Source of the DNA: an uncultured Acidimicrobiia bacterium | GTDB lineage: Bacteria; Actinomycetota; Acidimicrobiia; Spongiisociales; UBA11373 | Assembly (NCBI GenBank): GCA_964614095.1 | Contig: CAZTJO010000005.1 | Location: 19,731-83,730 of the forward strand | Direction of reading: 5' to 3' | DNA length: 64,000 nucleotides | In this document: piece after piece, positions 57,484 to 64,000 of the stretch | How the letters are laid out: each line of letters begins with the position of its first letter | Numbering within the stretch: the stretch's first letter is position 1 | The notes under the pieces: generated by a model | Told to the model about the DNA's origin: nothing | Seen by the model: the letters and a program-made list of their open reading frames with translations, nothing else | Database searches by the model: none | Translations under genes and position numbers: made by a program

Positions 57484-58293
57484 CTATTCGACTACCGCCG
57501 GCTGCTCGCTTGGGGCCCGTCTATAAATGATCCAGAGTCCCACGCAAGCTCCCAGCATCACCGCAGCTGAGAACCATCCGTTGCGACTGATGCCCAGGAA
57601 GCGGAACGTGGTGTCGGTGCGAATGAACTCCAGCAGGAAGCGAATGAAGGCATAAAGGAGCGCATACAGGGCGAACAACGAGCCACGGCGCAGACTGCGC
57701 CTGCGCTCGATCCAGAGCAAGAATCCGATGAGGCCAATGTTCCACAACGACTCATAGAGGAATGTCGGGTGGAACGTCGCCGAATCCACGTACTGGGCTG
57801 GTCGATTGCTCAGCTCAATCTCCAGGCCCCAGGGAAGATTGGTGGGAGTGCCGAACAGCTCCTGATTGAAGTAGTTGCCCCAGCGTCCGATCGCCTGCGC
57901 CGCGGGCAGACCGATTGCCGCCGCGTCCAGGAACGTGGTGAATTTGCCGCCCCGGCGTCGCAGCACGACAAACGCCGCCACCGTGCCAAAGGTGAGCCCG
58001 CCGTAGAGGGCGATTCCACCCTTCCAGAGTTTGAATACCCCAAGCCAGTCGTCCGAGAAGTTGCCCAGGTGAGTACTCACATAGGCCAGGCGAGCTCCGG
58101 TGAAGCCGAGAACCACGGCCCAGAAACAGGCACGCTCCGCCGTCTTCTGATCGCCGCCAAACGTTGTGTAGCGCCTGACAATAATGAGGTACGAAATCAG
58201 GACGGCAAGCGCCATGGTGATTCCGTAGATGTGAATGTCGAAAGGGCCGATCTCGAACTTGTTGAAGGGCGGCGACGGTATCGAAGCGATCAT
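57484..58293 (-). CDS. lgt: Prolipoprotein diacylglyceryl transferase
   Basis: YG...A.A, GARL.Y, W.GG.A.YGG, QAIGRWGNYFNQE.FG, HPTFLYES, RF..E..R.D. Confidence 0.95.
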   Translation of the reverse strand: MIASIPSPPFNKFEIGPFDIHIYGITMALAVLISYLIIVRRYTTFGGDQKTAERACFWAVVLGFTGARLAYVSTHLGNFSDDWLGVFKLWKGGIALYGGLTFGTVAAFVVLRRRGGKFTTFLDAAAIGLPAAQAIGRWGNYFNQELFGTPTNLPWGLEIELSNRPAQYVDSATFHPTFLYESLWNIGLIGFLLWIERRRSLRRGSLFALYALLYAFIRFLLEFIRTDTTFRFLGISRNGWFSAAVMLGACVGLWIIYRRAPSEQPAVVE

Positions 58294-58339
58294 GGCCTAG
58301 GCGCCTTCGCAACCGCGGCCGGTGACATGACAGACATGC

Positions 58340-58681
58340 TCATTCTCCGGCGAAGTCCAGGAACGCTTGCCATGCACGCGGGCCGTACACCGTGCCTGGC
58401 CCACCCATCATGAGCAGAGCCACGCCCAGCGCCTCTGCAACCTCCTCGGAGCTGGCGCCCTTGGCCGCCGCGCTCCTGGCGTGGTAGGCGATACAGGCAT
58501 CACACCTGTCGGCCACCGCGATCACCAGCGCGATGATCTCCTTGATGCGTTCCGGAAGGGCCCCCCCAGCCATGGCGCCCTTGTGCAATTGAGCGAATCC
58601 GGCCCAGGCTTCCGGGATCGCCGCCCGCAGAGCCTTCGACGGTTCTGCCAACTCCTTGATCTCATCGTGGTAGTGGCCCAT
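58340..58681 (-). CDS. Carboxymuconolactone decarboxylase/AhpD-like protein
   Basis: GAL....KE.IAL.IAV...CDACI.YH...A...GA..EE..EAL.VA..MGG.P; GGAGG RBS before ATG 58681. Confidence 0.9.
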   Translation of the reverse strand: MGHYHDEIKELAEPSKALRAAIPEAWAGFAQLHKGAMAGGALPERIKEIIALVIAVADRCDACIAYHARSAAAKGASSEEVAEALGVALLMMGGPGTVYGPRAWQAFLDFAGE

Positions 58682-58793
58682 CGTCACCTCCAGGGCCGCC
58701 ATGCTACGGCCGCCACGATCTCATCCAATCCAGCGCCCGCTCCCAGCGGGCAGCCCTGCCCCTTTCCACCCTCCTCGGTAGCGTGGTGGCGAC

Positions 58794-59999
58794 ATGGCTG
58801 AGTGGTCCTGGCGCTGGATGTCCGCACTCGGAGGCCTGGTGGCCGTCGCCTTTGGCACCCTGTTCTACGCCACCTCGATCCTCATCACCGGCAAGGCGGC
58901 CGGCGCCGACTTCTCGAAGACGGCTTTGTCGGCCTCCTACGGGGCCTCGGTGCTGGTGAGTGGTCTCCTCGCCTACTGGGTGGGGCGCGCCGCTGATCGT
59001 CGCGGCATCCGCCACCTGAGCGCCATCGGAACCATGCTCGGCGCTGCCGGGCTCTTGATCTTCGCCGCGGCGCAGCAGGCTTGGCATGTGGCCCTCGCCT
59101 TCGTGGTTATGGTGGGACCCGCCGGAGCTCTCACCTTCTATGAGCCGGCCTTCATTTTTGTCGACCAGTGGTTCGGTGCTCGCCACCGGGCGCGAGGCAT
59201 CGCCGCTCTCACCCTCATCGGCGGAATCGCCGGGCCGGTCTTCCTCCCCGTCACTGGCTTCCTGGTCGCCGCGGTGCAGTGGCGAAAGACTGCAGTCATC
59301 CTGGCCGGCATTCTCGTTTTCGGCGGCCTGATCGCCATTGCCGCCCTCCCGCCGGGCCGCCCTTCCGCTCCCGCCGCCTTCTCCCCCATATCACGGCGTC
59401 ACCGTCCCCACCACGATTGGCGTTTTGTCGTCTACACCATCGCCATCATGCTCATGTTCGGGGCGTTGCAGGCGGTCTTCCTCCATCGTATCTCGGTTTT
59501 TGAGGAGGCCGGATATACAGTCACCACGGTGGCCTCGTGGGCCGCGGCATCATCTCTGATCAGCCTGCCCGGCCGGTTTGCTGCGCCTTTCCTGGCCCGC
59601 CGTCACGGGGCGATCCGGCTCCAGGTCGCCGGGCTCGTCCTGATTGCCGCCGCCGTCTTGGCCGCCGTTTCCCCGGGCCGCTACTGGCACATGACACTCC
59701 ATTTTGTGCTCTTCGGCGCCTGTTTCGGCGCCGTGCTCCCGTTACGGGCCTACTTGATGATGGAGTGGTTCTCCGGTCCCGGTTACGGCCGGCTCATGGG
59801 TGCACAGTGGGGCCTCGCCTCGCTGGCCGGCGCCTTTGGTCCTGCGCTTGTCGGAATTGCCCGTGATGGCAGCGGTAACTACGGCCCGGCAATGGCCGGC
59901 ACTGCTGCCATCCTGCTTGTGGCCGCCGGGCTGGTGTCCATCTCCGGCCGCCGACGCGGCGCCAAGCAGACCGTCTCTACGCCCCATCCACCTCAATGA
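58794..59999 (+). CDS. MFS transporter
   Basis: 12 hydrophobic segments; motif A-like GRAADRRGIR and RHG. Confidence 0.9.
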   Translation: MAEWSWRWMSALGGLVAVAFGTLFYATSILITGKAAGADFSKTALSASYGASVLVSGLLAYWVGRAADRRGIRHLSAIGTMLGAAGLLIFAAAQQAWHVALAFVVMVGPAGALTFYEPAFIFVDQWFGARHRARGIAALTLIGGIAGPVFLPVTGFLVAAVQWRKTAVILAGILVFGGLIAIAALPPGRPSAPAAFSPISRRHRPHHDWRFVVYTIAIMLMFGALQAVFLHRISVFEEAGYTVTTVASWAAASSLISLPGRFAAPFLARRHGAIRLQVAGLVLIAAAVLAAVSPGRYWHMTLHFVLFGACFGAVLPLRAYLMMEWFSGPGYGRLMGAQWGLASLAGAFGPALVGIARDGSGNYGPAMAGTAAILLVAAGLVSISGRRRGAKQTVSTPHPPQ

Positions 60000-60017
60000 C
60001 CCGCGGCTCAGAGAGCC

Positions 60018-61859
60018 CTACCAATCGGTGGCCGGCGGGCCGAAGCGCCGCGCCAGCGCGGCGATCTCGTCGGCAAAGATCTCTCTGAGAAATCTCCGGT
60101 TCTCTTCGCTGAGCACCGACTCCGGTCCGGGATTGAACTTCTCGACCAGGGGATAGCCGGCGAGATCGACATCGGGATCGGCGCCGATGTGGCGCAGCAC
60201 CCGGCGCAAAAGCTCCTCGGGCCCGTCCACCACCTCCTCGAAGAACCCGACGAGCAGCTGCTCCCCGGAGAACACCCGCTCCCACCGGTCGATGGCCTCC
60301 GTGTAGCTGCCCCGCCACAGCATGAAGGAGCGGGTCACCAGCTCCTGGATCTCTTCCGGCTTCTGCAACGCGGCATCGATACCGCGGTTCCCCAGGTAGT
60401 AGCGGGCCGCCGACCACGCCCGGTCGACCGGATCACGCAGCAGAAGCACCAGCCGCATCTCGGGGTTGAGGGCGTGTATCCATTCCACCCGTGACCGGTC
60501 CACGATCATGTAGTCGGGAGTGATGTCTCCACAGATGCGGCCTTCGGTCCCCGCGAACTGGGCCAGGTACCAGTCGACGCCTCGATCGAAATTGTCCTCA
60601 AAATCGAGGAAGTGAATCTCCTTGCGCTGCCCAAAACCGATCTCCGGATGCAGGAGCAGGTTGCGATGCAGCCAGGTGGTTCCCGCCTTCTGTGCTCCGA
60701 TGCCCAAAAACGATGGAACCAGCCGGCGCTGCTGATCGCTGAGCCTGAACACAGGTGGGTTGGGCCGCTCGAACTGCAGCCGTCGGCCGCGGAGAGCGGG
60801 CCCCCGAGGCTGCTGCTCCGAGTCTCCGGTCCTGCCGGGATTGCGGGTGACACGCTTCTTCACTCCCGGTCGCAGCGGCCTCTGCCGGAGAACCTCCAGA
60901 AACTCGGCGAATCCCTCCCTCTCCGCTTTGAGGGTGTGACGGGGCAGCACTGCATAGCCTGCATCACGTATGGCCTCGATCTGGGCCACACTCGAATCAC
61001 GCAGTTGCTGCAGCGCGGCGATGTATCCGGCCTCGGAATCAAGCTCCACCTGAACGCAGTTCTCCCCAAACCGGCTGTATGCGCGGTTGCCGACCGCATC
61101 GGCTGTGATCAGCAGCGCCCCGGCGGCAAGTGCCTCGAGCCCCACCAGGAAGAACCCCTCTTCGGCCCCAGGCGTGCCCAGGAACACATCGGCCCAGCTA
61201 TACAGTTCTCGCAATTGGGCCCAGGACACCATCTCCCGGATCGACCGGAACACAAAACCGTCATCCTCGGCCAATTCCTGCTCGACCCGTAGGCCAACAT
61301 CCGATTTCCAAGTCGCGTAGCCGACCTTCACCGGAGCCGGCAGACCCCCATCACGTTTCTGGTGAAAGTACTCCCAGGCATGCCCCTCCACAATGACCCT
61401 GGTGAAAGAACTCTGGTTCAGGTGCGGCCGACACGCCTCCAGGACCTCGTCGGTGACCATGATGCGCGCCATGGGCCGCGAGAGCAGGCGAAAACCGCAT
61501 CCATCCAGCCATCGCGGGTTCGCGTGCCTGATGTTCTGCACGATGTGGATGACCCGCTCCAAGGGCGGGCCCGGCACCAGCCGGGCAAAGATCTCCTCGT
61601 ACTGGGTGGGCCAGGAGAAGAAGACAAACTCGTCACGCTCCACCGAGAACCGGTAGCCCTCCACGTACCTGACGCCGTTCTCGGGAGTGAGGTGAGAGAA
61701 CCGATCGATCCGGAACAGCGGCAGGCTCCCGTCGTAGCTCTCTTCGCAGACCACAACCGGCTCGTATCCCAGAGCCACGGCGTGATTCAGGTAATCGAAG
61801 ATCTTCAACACCCCTCCCACCGGCAGATAGGTTGGGGCAACGAAGTACATACGGCTCAT
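60018..61859 (-). CDS. Glycosyltransferase (GT-B/GT4-like)-sulfotransferase fusion
   Basis: N-terminal GG......Y.N.L...G.E and EGF.L..LEA.A.G; C-terminal PAPS motifs GAQKAGTTWL, KE.HF.D, LLRDP.DRAWS. Confidence 0.85.
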   Translation of the reverse strand: MSRMYFVAPTYLPVGGVLKIFDYLNHAVALGYEPVVVCEESYDGSLPLFRIDRFSHLTPENGVRYVEGYRFSVERDEFVFFSWPTQYEEIFARLVPGPPLERVIHIVQNIRHANPRWLDGCGFRLLSRPMARIMVTDEVLEACRPHLNQSSFTRVIVEGHAWEYFHQKRDGGLPAPVKVGYATWKSDVGLRVEQELAEDDGFVFRSIREMVSWAQLRELYSWADVFLGTPGAEEGFFLVGLEALAAGALLITADAVGNRAYSRFGENCVQVELDSEAGYIAALQQLRDSSVAQIEAIRDAGYAVLPRHTLKAEREGFAEFLEVLRQRPLRPGVKKRVTRNPGRTGDSEQQPRGPALRGRRLQFERPNPPVFRLSDQQRRLVPSFLGIGAQKAGTTWLHRNLLLHPEIGFGQRKEIHFLDFEDNFDRGVDWYLAQFAGTEGRICGDITPDYMIVDRSRVEWIHALNPEMRLVLLLRDPVDRAWSAARYYLGNRGIDAALQKPEEIQELVTRSFMLWRGSYTEAIDRWERVFSGEQLLVGFFEEVVDGPEELLRRVLRHIGADPDVDLAGYPLVEKFNPGPESVLSEENRRFLREIFADEIAALARRFGPPATDW

Positions 61860-63022
61860 CGGGCCTCACCGCCCATGCTCTCAGCGATGCGGCCGATAAT
61901 CTCGACCAGCGGCCACACCGCCACCTCCGGATCGAAATGCTCCGACCACAGCCATCGTGCGTTCCCCGCCCTTCGCCGCACCTCTTCGCCGTTGGACAGA
62001 ACTTCATCGAAGACCCGGTCCACGGCGTCGATGTCCGCCGGGTCCACCACCCAGCCCGCCTCGTACTCGGCGATCAGCGGTGACACCTCGGTGAACGGCG
62101 GGTGCACCACCGGCACGCCGCAAGAGATGGCAACGATGCTGCGGGTCACCGTGGCGTACTCCCGCTCCAAGGTCCACCCAAAGAGATCGACGGCAACGTC
62201 GATTCCCGACATGAACTGCTGGAAGTCGCCGAAGGTCATCGCGCCGTGGCTTCGAACGGACGGGTGATGCCGGATCCGCTCCAGCAACGCGCTCTCCAGA
62301 CCCTGGCTCTGGCCCCAGTGCACCGGCATCACAACGTCGAGCGACGCGGCACTCTCATCGAGACGATTGACAAGATGCTCCAGCCACGAGCCGGGCAGGC
62401 TCCAGCCTTGCAGGTAGCCGGCCACGGCCAGGCGCAGCCCTTTATGCTCCTCGGCCGGCGGTCCGCTGAAGGCCGGCACCGGCATGAAGACGGTCTCCAG
62501 AGGGGTTCTCAGCACGTCGTGCCCCGACTGCATCAGCCAAGCCAGGAAGTAGGGCGTCTTTTTGTACCCGTTGACGATGAAGGCCTCAGCCAGTTCGATA
62601 CCCCGCAGCTTCCGCTCCCGGAGCCGCTCCAGCTCGGCAGCCCTATCACCGCGGCTCTTGTCGCAGGCCAGCTCGAGCATCTTCGGCGCGAAGAAATCAA
62701 GCACATAGTGCAACCCGTCCGTGGGCCTGAGATAGTCGACCTGATTGCTGTTGGTCAGCACCACCACCGCCGGTGCTTGCTGCTCGAGGTATCCGCCCAG
62801 ATCTGTGGCGTGCAGAACAATGGTTCCAGGTTGTGCGGTCGGTGGAATGGCACGACGCCACACCACGGTCGCCGGACCCCGCATCACCACAGTGGTCACG
62901 TCGATACCGTGGGCCCGGAGCCCCTCACCAATGCCAAATACGCGCAGACCCGGCGCCGCCACCGGCATAGCCATGCCCGGCACAACATCGTTGGAGACGA
63001 GTACGACGGTGGGCATGTTCAT
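61856..63022 (-). CDS. Glycosyltransferase-like protein (GT-B fold, divergent)
   Basis: A.PGLR...I..GL..G N-terminus, late AISCGVPVV, I.EY.AGWVV.P; 4-bp overlap with the neighbouring gene. Confidence 0.7.
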   Translation of the reverse strand: MNMPTVVLVSNDVVPGMAMPVAAPGLRVFGIGEGLRAHGIDVTTVVMRGPATVVWRRAIPPTAQPGTIVLHATDLGGYLEQQAPAVVVLTNSNQVDYLRPTDGLHYVLDFFAPKMLELACDKSRGDRAAELERLRERKLRGIELAEAFIVNGYKKTPYFLAWLMQSGHDVLRTPLETVFMPVPAFSGPPAEEHKGLRLAVAGYLQGWSLPGSWLEHLVNRLDESAASLDVVMPVHWGQSQGLESALLERIRHHPSVRSHGAMTFGDFQQFMSGIDVAVDLFGWTLEREYATVTRSIVAISCGVPVVHPPFTEVSPLIAEYEAGWVVDPADIDAVDRVFDEVLSNGEEVRRRAGNARWLWSEHFDPEVAVWPLVEIIGRIAESMGGEAR

Positions 63023-64000
63023 CTCGGGCTCTCCGGAGGACCGATCTTCACGAAGGTGACTGCGCCAAGACTGTGATCAGACCGGCCCCCGAACCGGCAA
63101 GTCTGCACATCCTCGAGGACAATGTGATCCGAACTCGCCTCAGAGACGACCTCCATAAGCCGCGGCACCGGCATCCAGCCGGCATCGTTCCCCGGCACAA
63201 ACCGCTCCAGCACCACCAGCATGCCTCCGGGTCGAATCGCTTGCCACATCTGCCGAATCAGCCGGATCTGCTCAACCGGCTGCAGATTGCCCAGAGCCCC
63301 TATGCAGAGTGCCAGGTCAAAACGTTCGCTCCCCACTCCCAGGTGCAGGTGTGCCCCCAGGTGTTTCACTTCCAGCTCCGGGTAGTTCATCCCGGCCTCC
63401 TCGATCAGCAACTCCCGCCGATCGAATCCGACGACCGCAAAACCACGCGCCAAAAGAGCTCGGAGCCAAACTCCGCCTCCACACCCAACCACCAGGGCGT
63501 GTGGCTGCATGCCTTCGGGTGTTCTGACCTCGAGCTCTGCCAGCGAAGGCAGCACCGTTCCGGCTTGGCGAACAAACTCGGCCTTGGTCTCTCTGTCGCG
63601 ACGAAGTGGCGCCACAGCTTCGCCGACCTTTGGCATGCGCTCACCCGACTCCACCAGCCACGCCACCGCGTCCCCCATCTCGTCCGGCCCAAAGACCAGC
63701 CGCTGCGGGGCGGCAAACCCGTGACGGCGCGCCAGCGCATGCCAGAGAGGGTCGTCGCCGACGATGAGCAGGTCGTGATAGGTGAGGCGATCAAAAAGCG
63801 CCCCGCCAAATGCCCAGGCCAGATCGTCGAGTCCAAGGTCTTCAGGAACCGCCACTGCCAGCGGCGCCTCCCAGCCCTTCTCACTCACCGATTCCAGCGG
63901 GAAAGACATCGGATCGAGGATGATGACCTGCCGCGCCCGGTCGAGCTCGCCGAGTCGCTGCGGTACCAGGCTCCACTCATCGAAGACACGCAGGCCGTCG
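63019..64000 (-). CDS. Class I SAM-dependent methyltransferase (5' end beyond window)
   Basis: Motif I LVVGCGGG, D-type motif, FDLALC, LRPGG-like IRPGG. Frame stays open from ATG 63909 to the window edge (DGLRVFDEWSLVPQRLGELDRARQVIILDP). Confidence 0.8.
   Translation of the reverse strand, partial: DGLRVFDEWSLVPQRLGELDRARQVIILDPMSFPLESVSEKGWEAPLAVAVPEDLGLDDLAWAFGGALFDRLTYHDLLIVGDDPLWHALARRHGFAAPQRLVFGPDEMGDAVAWLVESGERMPKVGEAVAPLRRDRETKAEFVRQAGTVLPSLAELEVRTPEGMQPHALVVGCGGGVWLRALLARGFAVVGFDRRELLIEEAGMNYPELEVKHLGAHLHLGVGSERFDLALCIGALGNLQPVEQIRLIRQMWQAIRPGGMLVVLERFVPGNDAGWMPVPRLMEVVSEASSDHIVLEDVQTCRFGGRSDHSLGAVTFVKIGPPESPR

Noticed and set aside
1-64000. tRNA, rRNA, transposase or CRISPR features
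   Set aside because: No cloverleaf/T-loop signature in the intergenic gaps, and no rRNA-like blocks, DDE/HUH motifs or direct-repeat arrays seen by eye. A tRNAscan/Infernal run would be decisive.

Overview
GC-rich chromosomal segment, densely coding (about 60 genes), most likely from an actinobacterium, probably class Acidimicrobiia. This is inferred from the dnaK-grpE-dnaJ-hspR operon with a HAIR operator, glnE, ligC/Prim-PolC and Thr-rich lipoproteins. It is mostly housekeeping and stress/envelope genes: glnE (5' truncated), DAHP synthase, ald, proC, murI, lgt, dnaK operon, clpB, mscL, pspA and an SPFH/NfeD locus. It ends in a glycan-modification cluster (methyltransferase, glycosyltransferase, glycosyltransferase-sulfotransferase fusion). 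I saw no rRNA, tRNA, CRISPR array, integrase or transposase. Best leads: (1) a PadR / HAAS-like::NfeD fusion / SPFH operon with an internal RBS and palindromic operator; (2) an intact heliorhodopsin directly behind an ABHD18/DUF2048-like hydrolase; (3) an aeRF1-like protein lacking GGQ (Balon-like hibernation factor candidate); (4) a serpin lipoprotein between ligC and Prim-PolC; (5) a multi-BON/OmpA plus coiled-coil-HhH pair; (6) two small Cys-rich ORFs missed by the ORF track; (7) an inverted heptamer-repeat element. All product calls come from motif recognition by eye; no database searches were run.
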